Source: an uncultured cyanobacterium
Lineage (GTDB): Bacteria > Cyanobacteriota > Cyanobacteriia > Cyanobacteriales > Nostocaceae
Assembly (NCBI GenBank): GCA_963740315.1
Contig: CAVUDP010000004.1
Coordinates: 832,001 to 896,000 of the forward strand
Direction: 5' to 3'
DNA length: 64,000 bases
Shown here: positions 32,971-43,188 of the stretch, in pieces
How the letters are laid out: each line of letters opens with the position of its first letter
Numbering within the stretch: position 1 is the first letter of the stretch
Position numbers and translations under genes: made by a program
The notes under the pieces: generated by a model
The model's input: only the letters and a program-made list of their open reading frames with translations
Databases searched by the model: none
Told to the model about the DNA's origin: nothing

Positions 32971-33939
32971 TCAGGCAACACAAGCCTTAAATTCTTGCCG
33001 CAATTTCGCTTCATCAAGATTGCGTCCGATGAATACTAATTCATTTTTACGGGTTTCGTCTTTCTTCCAAGGACGATCTGGTCTACCATCTAATAACATA
33101 TGCACGCCTTGAAATACAAAGCGGTTTTCTTCTCCAGCGATGCTCAAAATTCCTTTGGTGCGGAAGATATCGGGACCTTGAGTTTGCAATAAGTTACTCA
33201 ACCACTTATCCAACTTATCACCATCAAGGGCACCTTCTTCAACCAGTGCCACAGAATAAACGCTTTCATCGTGTTCGTGAGCGTCTTCACCCAAAAATTC
33301 GGGATCGATTTCTAAAGCCCGATTCAAATCAAACGCCTTCACACCCAACAATGCATCCATTTCCAACTTCGCATCTTGGGTACGATAAATTTTTGCGATC
33401 GCGTTCATTCCCCGAATTCTATTTTCCAATTCTTCTAACTGTTCGTTCGTTACCAAATCAGTTTTATTAATCAAAATTACGTCAGCAAAAGCAATTTGTT
33501 CTTGCGCTTCATCCGCATCCCAATGTTGCCAAATATGCTTGGCATCAACTACAGTCACCACAGCATCGAGTAACAATTGTTCGCGCATATCTTCATCAAC
33601 AAAGAATGTTTGAATCACTGGCGCGGGGTCAGCCAAACCCGTAGTTTCAATGACTAAGTGGTCAAATTTGTCGCGACGTTTCATTAAATTACCGATAATC
33701 CGCATCAAGTCACCGCGAACCGTACAGCAAATACAGCCATTGTTCATCTCAAAAATTTCTTCATCCGTATCGATAACCAACTGATTATCAATACCCACTT
33801 CCCCAAACTCATTTACTATCACCGCTACCTTCTTACCATGTTCGTAAGTAAGAATGCGATTTAACAAAGTAGTTTTTCCCGCTCCTAAATACCCAGTCAA
33901 AACTGTTACTGGGATGACGCTTGTTGCTGTATTAACCAT
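32971..33939 (-). CDS. COG0523 / CobW-family metallochaperone GTPase
   Basis: GYLGAGKTT, NEFG, GCICC, ETTGLADP, NKTD, FQGVH. Confidence 0.9.
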   Translation of the reverse strand: MVNTATSVIPVTVLTGYLGAGKTTLLNRILTYEHGKKVAVIVNEFGEVGIDNQLVIDTDEEIFEMNNGCICCTVRGDLMRIIGNLMKRRDKFDHLVIETTGLADPAPVIQTFFVDEDMREQLLLDAVVTVVDAKHIWQHWDADEAQEQIAFADVILINKTDLVTNEQLEELENRIRGMNAIAKIYRTQDAKLEMDALLGVKAFDLNRALEIDPEFLGEDAHEHDESVYSVALVEEGALDGDKLDKWLSNLLQTQGPDIFRTKGILSIAGEENRFVFQGVHMLLDGRPDRPWKKDETRKNELVFIGRNLDEAKLRQEFKACVA

Positions 33940-34203
33940 ATATATCCTAGATACTTATTTAACTATTGTTTTACAGACACAGACAAATAATATACAAAAA
34001 ATTATCGGTGTTACTCTTGATGATGTATAAAATTTGTTAATCGCACAATCAAAAGACTTTGCAACTGCAAAGTCTCTACATTAACGATTCATTTTCAAGA
34101 TTTTAATTAATAGTCGATTATCAGTGAGTTAAATCAGTACGAATCCAAAAAAATCTACCTTTTGCTAAATAAGCGATAAATCGCTGACTACGAACCTACC
34201 GAC

Positions 34204-35112
34204 TCACAGTTTTGCTAAAAAAGGTAAAATTTCCTCAGCTATATCATCTGGGTATTCTTCATGCATTCCCAAGGAACCCGGAAGCAGCACGCTCTCGACT
34301 CTGGGTAATGCTGCGATCGCTTCCATTTCCTGCCGCGATGATTTAGGGCAAGATTTACCAATCACTACCATAATTGGTACCGATAACCCCCTAACTAATC
34401 CGATTAAATCGTCTCTTCTTCTCACAAGGTCAAGATTACCAGTAACAAACGCCGCAGGAGCAAATCTTCCTCCCGATTGCTGAGTGCTTTCCCACTTATC
34501 CCCGATAAAGTTTGGAGTTAGTTTTTCAGCATCGACATAAACGTGGCGACGATACATGAATTTTAAAAATGATGGTAATGTATTCAGCTTATAAAGAATT
34601 TGACCAATAACTGGTAATCTTACAGTCTCCTTAATCAAATTCCGCACCATCCCATTTACACCCATAACAGCAAACGGACCGCGCCAAGTCGGTGCTACCA
34701 AAACTATCCGCGAAAATACGGTAGGATATTTGCTTGCTAACCATAAAACGTAAGGCGCACTATGACCCGCAGCTATTACAGCAACTGGTTTTCTTTCAAA
34801 AGCCGTTAAGACAAAATCTTCAATAAAATCTCTGTATAAAGCGGGACTATAATCTGCTTTTGGACGACCAGAATCTCCAAATCCGGGAAAATCAACCGCT
34901 ATTGCTTTATATTGCTCGGAAACTCGCTTCGCAATCCCACTCATTTCCGAACGCATAGAAACAGTGCTAAATGCGGGTAAAAGCAATACGGGAGAACCTT
35001 GACCCAAAGTTTCATAAACAATGCGAAAATCTTGGTCTTCCCTATTCCATACAAATTGTTCTACTACTCCGCCAATCCTAACAGCAGTAGAGGTTGATGA
35101 GACACTCGTCAT
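34204..35112 (-). CDS. Alpha/beta hydrolase fold protein
   Basis: LLLPAFS, DFPGFGDS, AAGHSA, HEEYP. Confidence 0.8.
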   Translation of the reverse strand: MTSVSSTSTAVRIGGVVEQFVWNREDQDFRIVYETLGQGSPVLLLPAFSTVSMRSEMSGIAKRVSEQYKAIAVDFPGFGDSGRPKADYSPALYRDFIEDFVLTAFERKPVAVIAAGHSAPYVLWLASKYPTVFSRIVLVAPTWRGPFAVMGVNGMVRNLIKETVRLPVIGQILYKLNTLPSFLKFMYRRHVYVDAEKLTPNFIGDKWESTQQSGGRFAPAAFVTGNLDLVRRRDDLIGLVRGLSVPIMVVIGKSCPKSSRQEMEAIAALPRVESVLLPGSLGMHEEYPDDIAEEILPFLAKL

Positions 35113-35210
35113 TCAAATAAATCCCTGATCAATTCAAGTTTAAAGGTAATACGGTAATACGGTAATACGGCAATACGGTCTGTATCATTTATTCTACAGT
35201 TGCCTGTGGT

Positions 35211-35642
35211 TTAATTTGACACAGATTGTTGAGATTCTAATGCCTTTTTTTGCATAGTTTTAAAAATATTATAGAAACCGTTAGCGCGGGAAGGGGTTAA
35301 ACTGACATTTAAACCAGTTTCTTGAATAAAATCTGGGGTCAATTGAACAATTTCAGTAGGGGTTGACCCATTTAATCCTTCAATTAAAAGCGCTACCAAG
35401 CCTTTAGTTAATTGTGAATCCGAATCACCTTGAAAACTTATTTTTTCATCATCTAAAGAAGCCGTAATGAAAACCTGAGAAACGCAACCGGGAACCTTAT
35501 TTTCGGGTGTTTTATCAGATGCTGGAAATTCAGGAAGTTTTTGAGCGTACCAAATTAGCTGTTCGTAGCGTCGCTTTGGTTCAGAAGCACGTTTGAAGCG
35601 TTTGACAATTTTATCAAGAGCAGGTGGTAAAGAATCGTTCAT
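35211..35642 (-). CDS. sufE: SufE family sulfur-transfer protein
   Basis: VPGCVSQV, GDSDSQLTKGL, LTPSRANG. Confidence 0.9.
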   Translation of the reverse strand: MNDSLPPALDKIVKRFKRASEPKRRYEQLIWYAQKLPEFPASDKTPENKVPGCVSQVFITASLDDEKISFQGDSDSQLTKGLVALLIEGLNGSTPTEIVQLTPDFIQETGLNVSLTPSRANGFYNIFKTMQKKALESQQSVSN

Positions 35643-35836
35643 AAGAACACATTTCACAGTCGAATTATAAAACCTATCACTTCGAGTTTAGATTATCTCA
35701 TAGCGATTAGGGCAATTATCAGCTACAGGAAGGTACGTTTGACTAAAAGCGTACTGTAAATCCAAAAAAAAAGGTAAAGATAACTAATGATGTTACTTTT
35801 ACCTTTAACTATTATCTTGTTGCTGACCAGAATTGA

Positions 35837-36199
35837 TTAAGCTCCCAACATAGGAGGCAAACCGCGTATTTGACGCATAGCATTCAAGCAAGCGGGACAA
35901 TCGCAACCAAACAAAGTGACAGCAGCATCGCTTTCCTCGTCGGTGAATTGCAATTCGGGTAATTCGTCGGGACGTAAACCTTTTTGTCCATTTACATTCG
36001 GTGCAGAATTTCTATTTAGTCGAGTGCAACCCACACTAGGAGTTGCTACAGCTACAGTAGTTTTTCGTCCGCAGGAAAATCGGCTGCGATTAGTATCAGT
36101 CTCGTTGGCGTTAGCTGGTTCGACAAAAACCGCCATTGACACGATAGACGAAAATAATATAGGGCTGGAAAGTAATGTTAGAAAGAATTTTTTGTTCAT
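35837..36199 (-). CDS. Hypothetical exported protein with a C-terminal CxCxxC motif
   Basis: Signal-like N-terminus ending ANA; FGCDCPACLN near the C-terminus. Confidence 0.7.
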   Translation of the reverse strand: MNKKFFLTLLSSPILFSSIVSMAVFVEPANANETDTNRSRFSCGRKTTVAVATPSVGCTRLNRNSAPNVNGQKGLRPDELPELQFTDEESDAAVTLFGCDCPACLNAMRQIRGLPPMLGA

Positions 36200-36702
36200 T
36201 TATCTAAGATTTGTACCTAGCGAAGCTTTACGGCTTTAATTTTTCACGTTAATTGGTAGTTGCTCAGTAAATTTTATACAAGATTTACAGTATTTACCAA
36301 ATGATGGGAAAATAGCCGTTTGTTAATAGGGATGGACTTGGTAGACAATTGAGAGAGGGAAGACAAGCTAAAAATACGTTATAACCTTCAACCTTTTTAA
36401 GCGCATCACCCCGAATATTTTTTTACCTTTTAGCAACACAATTGGAAGTGAGAAAATACCAAGACATCGCACAACCAATGAGAAAATTAATATTATCGCA
36501 ATTTTAAGCCATCGACTGCCTTTATGTTAGTCAAGTTCCCTACAGTTACCAGTTACCAGTGACCAGTTACCAGTTACCAGTTACCAGTTAGGAATTATTT
36601 CCCCCCATCCCTCCATCTCCCCATCCCCCCATCCCCCCATCTTCCCCCCTGCGCCTACAGAGTCTACCGAAACCGCGCACAGTGCCCCTAATTTATAATT
36701 AT

Positions 36703-38034
36703 TGTCGTTCGTGTGCTACGGGAATTCATTCTCCGTGATGTTCTAAAAAGCTATAGTGTTTTTTTAGGATTTAAGTTATGATTCTTTCGGGAGGTACCTC
36801 AAAGTGTTTAATCTGACTTACGAATTCAAGTTAAAGCCAACAAAAAATCAAATAACAATTTTTGAGGAATGGCTAGAGACTCATCGTAGGGTTTACAACT
36901 ATGCTTTGTCTGAGCGCAAAGACTGGTTTAAATCTCGGTCATGTCAGATTGAATCTTGTAGTCTTCGTAGTTGTTACATCATTCCTGCTGATACCCCACG
37001 TCCAACATTCGCGAGTCAATGCAAATCTTTGACTGCTGCACGCCAAAATAACAAGTACTTAAGTAAAGTTAATGCTCAATCATTGCAGCAAACATTGAGA
37101 AGGCTTGAAAAAGCTTTTGTAAGCATGTGGGAAAGAAATCATGGATTCCCGCGATTTAAAAAAGTTGGGCGAATGCGGTCTTTCTCTTTTCCTCAGTTAG
37201 GTAAAAACCCATTGCAGAATGGATACATTAAAATACCTGTAATTGGACGAATAAAGCTTCGGCAATCTAGAGAAATACCGGATGGGGGAATTCTAAAACA
37301 GGCACGTATAGTAAAGCGTGTTTCTGGATGGTACGTAATGTTAACCGTTCAGTGGGACGTGAATCCACCGCAACCGATGCCACACGGCGAGGGGATAGGG
37401 ATTGATGTAGGTCTAACTTCAATGGTTGCAACAAGTAACGGTCTTTTAATTAAGCGTCCGAGATTTTTTGTTGACGCAGAACGCAAGCTTAAATTGCTGC
37501 AACAACGCGTTAGTAGAAAGCGTTTTGGCTCGAATAATTGGTTAAAAGCACTTCATAAGGTTGCAAAGTTACATGAATACGTTGCTAGTTGTCGTAAAGA
37601 TTGGCACTCTAAGCTATCACATCAATTATGTGACGGTGTAGGGATGATATTCGTAGAAGATTTAAACCTAGTTGGTTTATCTAGAGGAATGCTAGGAAAG
37701 CATTGCTTAGACGCTGGTTTTGGTCAGTTTTTCAGAATTTTGGAACAAGTTTGTTTTAAGCGTGGTGTTTATTTTCAAAAAGTTGATGCCAGGTATACTT
37801 CACAAATATGCCCTAGTTGCCAGCATGAGACAGGTAAAAAGATATTAGCTGAGCGTGTTCATAAATGTGACAATTGCGGCTATACAACTGATAGAGACAT
37901 TGCAGCCGCGCAAGTAGTCCGTCTTCGTGGACTTGCAGCCGCAGGACATACGGTCAAGATGCTTAGTGAGGGTAAGGTCATTGGACTCCCTGTGAACTAA
38001 GAATCCCCTTCAATAAATTGATGGGGAGTGTCAA
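36703..38034 (+). mobile_element. tnpB-only IS200/IS605 (IS1341-type) element; left end approximate
   Basis: Left hairpin ACGGGAA-TTCA-TTCTCCGT; right end GAAT + hairpin CCCC..TCAAT-AA-ATTGA.GGGG + TCAA; no tnpA. Confidence 0.75.
36804..38000 (+). CDS. tnpB: RNA-guided endonuclease TnpB, apparently intact
   Basis: N-terminal HTH, RuvC-I GIDVG, RuvC-II VEDL, CPSC/CDNC zinc finger, RuvC-III DRDIAAA. Confidence 0.92.
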   Translation: MFNLTYEFKLKPTKNQITIFEEWLETHRRVYNYALSERKDWFKSRSCQIESCSLRSCYIIPADTPRPTFASQCKSLTAARQNNKYLSKVNAQSLQQTLRRLEKAFVSMWERNHGFPRFKKVGRMRSFSFPQLGKNPLQNGYIKIPVIGRIKLRQSREIPDGGILKQARIVKRVSGWYVMLTVQWDVNPPQPMPHGEGIGIDVGLTSMVATSNGLLIKRPRFFVDAERKLKLLQQRVSRKRFGSNNWLKALHKVAKLHEYVASCRKDWHSKLSHQLCDGVGMIFVEDLNLVGLSRGMLGKHCLDAGFGQFFRILEQVCFKRGVYFQKVDARYTSQICPSCQHETGKKILAERVHKCDNCGYTTDRDIAAAQVVRLRGLAAAGHTVKMLSEGKVIGLPVN

Positions 38035-38063
38035 AATTCTTTTGTGGATTTAAAAGTAAAAGT

Positions 38064-38891
38064 ATGAGCAATCAAGTTATACCAGTTGTTGTTAACGGTG
38101 CTGCGGGAAAAATGGGTCGGGAGGTTATCAAAGCTGTGTCGGAAGCACCGGATATGGATTTGGTGGGCGCGATTGATACAAGTCCCGAACATCAGGATAA
38201 GGATGCGGGGGAGTTGGCTGGTTTAAGCGAACCTCTAGAAGTTCCTATTACCAACCAAATGGAAGCTATGCTGGCATTTGCCGCTCAAGAAAAGCAGCCT
38301 GGAGTTGTGGTTGATTTTACACATCCGTCTACGGTATACGACAATATTCGTAGTGCGATCGCCTATGGTGTGCGTCCTGTTGTTGGGACTACTGGGCTAA
38401 GTCCGCAGCAACTTCACGATTTAGCAGATTTTGCTGATAAAGCTTCTACTGGATGTTTGATTATTCCTAATTTCTCGATTGGGATGGTACTGCTTCAACA
38501 AGCCGCAGTTACAGCATCTAAGTATTTCGATCATGTTGAAATTATCGAACTGCATCACAACCAAAAAGCTGATGCACCTAGCGGTACCGCGATAAAAACC
38601 GCTCAAATGTTGGCAGAAATGGGTAAAACTTACAATCAAGCTATAGTAAATGAAACCGAACACATATCGGGAGCGCGAGGAAGTCAAGCTGATGAAGGAA
38701 TTAGAATTCATAGCGTTCGTTTACCAGGTTTAATTGCCCATCAAGAAGTAATTTTCGGCGCACCCGGTCAAATTTATACATTACGACACGATACCAGCGA
38801 TAGAACTTGTTATATGCCGGGAGTATTACTCGCAATTCGCAAAGTTCTTCAGCTAAAGTCGTTAGTATATGGATTAGAAAAGATTATTTAA
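38064..38891 (+). CDS. dapB: 4-hydroxy-tetrahydrodipicolinate reductase
   Basis: [37 protein letters not shown]; start placed at ATG 38064. Confidence 0.95.
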   Translation: MSNQVIPVVVNGAAGKMGREVIKAVSEAPDMDLVGAIDTSPEHQDKDAGELAGLSEPLEVPITNQMEAMLAFAAQEKQPGVVVDFTHPSTVYDNIRSAIAYGVRPVVGTTGLSPQQLHDLADFADKASTGCLIIPNFSIGMVLLQQAAVTASKYFDHVEIIELHHNQKADAPSGTAIKTAQMLAEMGKTYNQAIVNETEHISGARGSQADEGIRIHSVRLPGLIAHQEVIFGAPGQIYTLRHDTSDRTCYMPGVLLAIRKVLQLKSLVYGLEKII

Positions 38892-38957
38892 TTTATATTC
38901 TAAAATCTAAAATCTAAAATCCATACAAAATCCAAAATCTAAAACCCAAAATCTACA

Positions 38958-39752
38958 ATGCTTGTCCCACTGACACGCGAGAAGTTTGAGCAACTAATTC
39001 CCCTAATTGCAACTGGTTCGCAGTACAAATACTATTGGGGGAAATTTTCCGATCTTTTGCGACGACTATTAATATCCGTAGTTATTGCAGCCGTAATTCT
39101 ACTGGGAAAAGTTATTTTTAGGCTTTCTGTAGGTCCAATTATATTTTTCTTCGGACTGCTAGGCGCTTTTTACTGGTTATGGGGACCAGTATTATGGGCT
39201 AGCTTGCAAAATTTGAAATGTCGTCGTTACAAGTACGGTGGTTTTTTCCGTGGTAGAGTGCTTGACTTGTGGATTACAGAAGAGTTGCTTGGTAAACAAG
39301 AAACAGTCAATAACAAAGGTGATTTAGTAATTGTCGAAAATCGAGAAAAACGGATTAACTTAGAAGTTGGTGACGAAACTGGATTTACAGCCTTACTCAA
39401 AGCACCGTTAAAACCTTCTCACAAACTAATAAATCGCGGTCAGGTAGCAGAAATGTTGGTCATGTCCAACAGTCCCGATTTAGGCAGAATAGAACAAATA
39501 ACTGACATATATATTCCCAATCGCAATTTATGGGTAAGCGATTATCCATACTTACGCCATGAGTATTTTAACGAAGTTGGTCGCCGCATTCGCGATGATA
39601 GAGAAGAAAAACCCCGCAATCGTCGCCGTAATCGTCCACCCAGAGAAAGAAGCACAGAAGTTGAAAGATATTACGACGATCCACCCGAACCGGAACCCAG
39701 AGAAAGAGGTGGAGAAATTGAAAAATACTACGATGATCATAAATGGGAGTAG
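38958..39752 (+). CDS. Conserved hypothetical membrane protein
   Basis: Two TM segments, soluble domain and a charged repetitive tail. Confidence 0.75.
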   Translation: MLVPLTREKFEQLIPLIATGSQYKYYWGKFSDLLRRLLISVVIAAVILLGKVIFRLSVGPIIFFFGLLGAFYWLWGPVLWASLQNLKCRRYKYGGFFRGRVLDLWITEELLGKQETVNNKGDLVIVENREKRINLEVGDETGFTALLKAPLKPSHKLINRGQVAEMLVMSNSPDLGRIEQITDIYIPNRNLWVSDYPYLRHEYFNEVGRRIRDDREEKPRNRRRNRPPRERSTEVERYYDDPPEPEPRERGGEIEKYYDDHKWE

Positions 39753-39875
39753 TACCACCGGAGTTAGGAGTTAGCAGTTATGAGTTATGAGTTATGAGTT
39801 AGGAGTTATAAATCAACCTTTAACCTTTGACATGCAGACCTTTAACCTTTGACATGCAGACCTTTAACCTTTGAT

Positions 39876-40169
39876 TTATTCTAATAATTCAGCCAAATCT
39901 TCTAAAGGATATTCGGGTTCTTCGGGACAAAATTCAACACAAATTCTCACCTTTCCCTTTTTCCAACCTCTAGCACCCAATTTTAAAATTTCACAATCAA
40001 TACCTTCATCAAATAAAGATGCTTCTGGCATCTGAAAACTAATATATTTCTGTATAACTTCTAGCAATTCTAAAACTTTAAAAGTCGAAGAAATTTCCAG
40101 ATTTCCGGAATTTTCCGCGCTAACAGATATAACTTCGTTACGTTCCAATCGCTCGAACTGTTTTTCCAT
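39876..40169 (-). CDS. KGK-domain protein
   Basis: EGIDCEILKLGARGWKKGKVRICVEFCPEEPE. Confidence 0.85.
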   Translation of the reverse strand: MEKQFERLERNEVISVSAENSGNLEISSTFKVLELLEVIQKYISFQMPEASLFDEGIDCEILKLGARGWKKGKVRICVEFCPEEPEYPLEDLAELLE

Positions 40170-40592
40170 GCTAATTTTTTATACTTAAATAATTCGCTTT
40201 ACCAAAATCGGGATTTTCCCTGTTTTTATAATTAATGAAACATAAACGTAGAAGTCGGTAGACGGTCATTATATATCCTAAGCAATTATTTAGTCATACC
40301 AAATTGTCTAATATTCAGATGTTATTACATTTACCTTTATCAATACTTTGCAATATCTTCAATCAAGTATGAAGGTAAGATTTTTAATAAGTATTCTGCA
40401 AATTTAACAAACTTACGTGCAAGTTAAAAAACTATCACATGATTATAGGAAAGAAATTATCTATAATTCCTATATTTATATTTATTTTATACAAATATTG
40501 TTGTGTAAATATACAAACTATCACAAGCATTTAAATATTTTTTCTATTTCCAATGATGATTGAAATAATACCTTTAATACAGATACTTCAAT

Positions 40593-41366
40593 ATGTTTTT
40601 AAAATTATTCGCCGGTAGTACTATCGGTATAATAAGTGTAACAATTTTAGCATTTACTGTATTGCAATTGTTTCAAGTTCCATCTGGTAGCTTTCTCGAT
40701 TGGGTAATTGGTGGTGCAAGTTTTTGGTGGCTTTTGGTAATTGTTACCGTACCTTGGAACGTTTATTTTAAAGCAAAAGAGGTTTTATTTGATGCAGAGA
40801 AATCCATTGGTAAAGACATTCCGGTGGATGATAAACAAATAAACTACGTCAAAGTTTTAGTAAAACGTTCTTTGATAATTGCGATTTTTTTACATATATC
40901 ATCAGCAATCGGTCTTTATACATTGGCTATAACTGGTATCAGTGCTGTTGGTTATGTTAGTTCCGGTGCAGCATTATTATTAACTGGTTTGCGTCCAGCT
41001 ATCAGTGCTTACGAATATCTATACGCACGATTAACGACAATTGGCAGAGAATTTAGATATCCTCGCGAAGATATTGTAGAGTTACGAAGTCGCTTTACCA
41101 ATGTTGAACAAACAGTTCGACGCATCGAACAACAGCTTAACCCGGATAATCCTGACTCTTTAGCAGTAAAGCAGAAAACTTATTTACAAGAAACTCGTAG
41201 AGAATTGGCTACTATTGCGGCAACTATAGAAGAATTACGAGCAACAAATAAAATCGAACACGAACGTTTATCGCAAGAATCAAAACAGGCGATCGCTCAA
41301 CTTTCCACCGACGGACAATTTTTAGAACACGTGCGCGAAATCATTCGATTTTTTAAAGCAGCGTAG
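40593..41366 (+). CDS. Hypothetical membrane protein with C-terminal coiled coil
   Basis: About four TM segments then a heptad-rich tail. Confidence 0.75.
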   Translation: MFLKLFAGSTIGIISVTILAFTVLQLFQVPSGSFLDWVIGGASFWWLLVIVTVPWNVYFKAKEVLFDAEKSIGKDIPVDDKQINYVKVLVKRSLIIAIFLHISSAIGLYTLAITGISAVGYVSSGAALLLTGLRPAISAYEYLYARLTTIGREFRYPREDIVELRSRFTNVEQTVRRIEQQLNPDNPDSLAVKQKTYLQETRRELATIAATIEELRATNKIEHERLSQESKQAIAQLSTDGQFLEHVREIIRFFKAA

Positions 41367-41561
41367 TTTGTTGAATTTTTAAAAAATTTGTAACGAGTGT
41401 CCACAGTTTTCGATTCTACTTAAGAACCTAGCTAAAAGAAGCGATTGAGAAATAGATAGCTATTAGCGGCAAAAAATGTTATAGTAATTATGTACTAAAC
41501 GTAAAATTAAGTAAATTTCAAACTGCTCTTAATTTTTTTACCTTAAAAGCTTAAAATAATC

Positions 41562-41580
41562 GTTAACCTTTAGGGTTAAC
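41562..41580. promoter_or_regulatory. Putative antitoxin operator palindrome upstream of higB
   Basis: GTTAACC-N5-GGTTAAC, ending 22 nt before the higB ATG. Confidence 0.6.
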
Positions 41581-41602
41581 AATTTTTATAGAAGCTACTA
41601 AG

Positions 41603-41923
41603 ATGGAAATTGTGTTTGAAAATCATAAATTTGAAAAAGAGTGCAATAACCAAAAGCTTCTAGAGAAAAAACAGGGTAAAGATAGAGCAAAGCGTATTAG
41701 GCGACGGTTGGATGATTTACGTGCTGCTACTGTTCTTGAAGAGATGCGAAATATTCCAGGAAGGTGCCACGAATTGAGTCAAAACCGTTCGAGTCAATTA
41801 TCACTCGATTTAGATCATCCCTATCGGCTAATATTTGAGCCAGCAGATGAACCAATTCCGATTAAAGAAGATGGTGGCATTGATTGGAAAAAAATAACTG
41901 CCGTTAGAATATTGGGCGTAGAG
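41603..41923 (+). pseudogene. higB: HigB/RelE-like toxin, 5' part (107 codons), interrupted by an IS; last codons at 48298-48312
   Basis: MEIVF..KFEKECN, GRCHEL, SLDLDHPYRLIF, ITAVRILGVE; joining to GAT ACT CAT GAG TAA gives ...ILGVEDTHE* (111 aa) overlapping the antitoxin ATG. Confidence 0.8.
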
Positions 41924-42133
41924 CTACGACCTAGTAGGCAATTATATAGACAAGTCTATACATATATGTACAAGCATAAACATATAGAATATGGGAGCTT
42001 GTTTACAACTGATTAAACTAGTAAATAAAATTAACATAAACAGCCTTTACAATTATATGAGCGTATCTTTATCATTCATATAATAAATAAGTTTCGTTTA
42101 TGGTCTTGAATTTAATTAAAGCTGCGTGCCACG

Positions 42134-43188
42134 GTGTTACTAACTTCTATCAAAACAAAGCTAAAACTTAACAGTCATCAAAAGATATTGATGTCAAAAC
42201 ATGCAGGTATTTCTCGGTTCACATATAACTGGGGGCTTGCAACATGGCAGGCATTATATAAAGATGGTTTAGCACCAAACCATTTAGTATTAAAAAAGTT
42301 TTTTAACAACAACGTAAAGCCAGTTTTAATTTGGATTAAAGAAAAAGGTATATGTCAGAAAGTAACAGAATTTGCATTTGATAGTTTAGGGAAAGCATTC
42401 AAAAACTTTTTTGAAAAACGTGCAGATTATCCGAAATTTAAGAAAAAAGGAATTAATGATAGTTTTTCAATAAATGCAGGTGGTAAACCAATACAAGTCG
42501 GTGGTAAGAAAATTAAGCTACCGACAATTGGTTGGGTATCAACCTATGAAGCTTTGCCGCATACCATAACTAAAAAGATAACAATATCGAGAAAAGCCTC
42601 GGATTGGTACATTTCTTTTTCTTATGAAATAGAACCCCAATTTACTAATAAAAAATACCAGTATGTGGGTATTGATTTAGGAATAAAGACCTTGGCGACT
42701 CTCTCAACAGGAATTACCTTTACTAACCCAAAAGCTTTAAGCAAAGCCAGAAAAAAGTTAAAGAAATTGCAGAGTCAATTAGTTTTAAAAGAAAAAGGAA
42801 GCAATCGTTATAAAAAACAGAAGCTAAGAATATCTAAACTACATCGATGTATTAGTAATATTCGTTTAGATTCAACCCATAAAGCTACAACTTTTATCTG
42901 CAAAAACCACGCGGTAGTAGCTTTAGAGGACTTAAATACTAGGGGTATGCTTAAAAATCATAAACTCGCTGGTGCAATCAGTGATGCTAATTTTTACGAG
43001 TTCCGTAGACAGATTGAATACAAAGTAGTTAGATATGGTGGAAAAGTTGTTTTTGTTGGTAGGTTTTATCCATCTACCAAAAAGTGTTCAAATTGTGGAG
43101 AACTCAAAGAAATTAGTTTATCCGAACGTATTTATGTTTGTGAAAAATGCCATCATACACAAGATAGAGATTTAAACGCAGCTAAAAA
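42134..43188 (+). CDS. tnpB: TnpB exon 1 (spliced product 368 aa)
   Basis: KHAGISRFTYNWGL, RuvC-I GIDLG, RuvC-II LEDL, CSNC/CEKC zinc finger, DRDLNAAK then intron. Confidence 0.88.

Noticed and set aside
38028..38063. N-terminal extension of DapB from GTG 38028
   Set aside because: That start lies inside the IS right end; ATG 38064 fits the family N-terminus.
41924..42016. C-terminal 30 aa of the 137-aa toxin ORF
   Set aside because: Read-through into the IS left end, not native toxin sequence.
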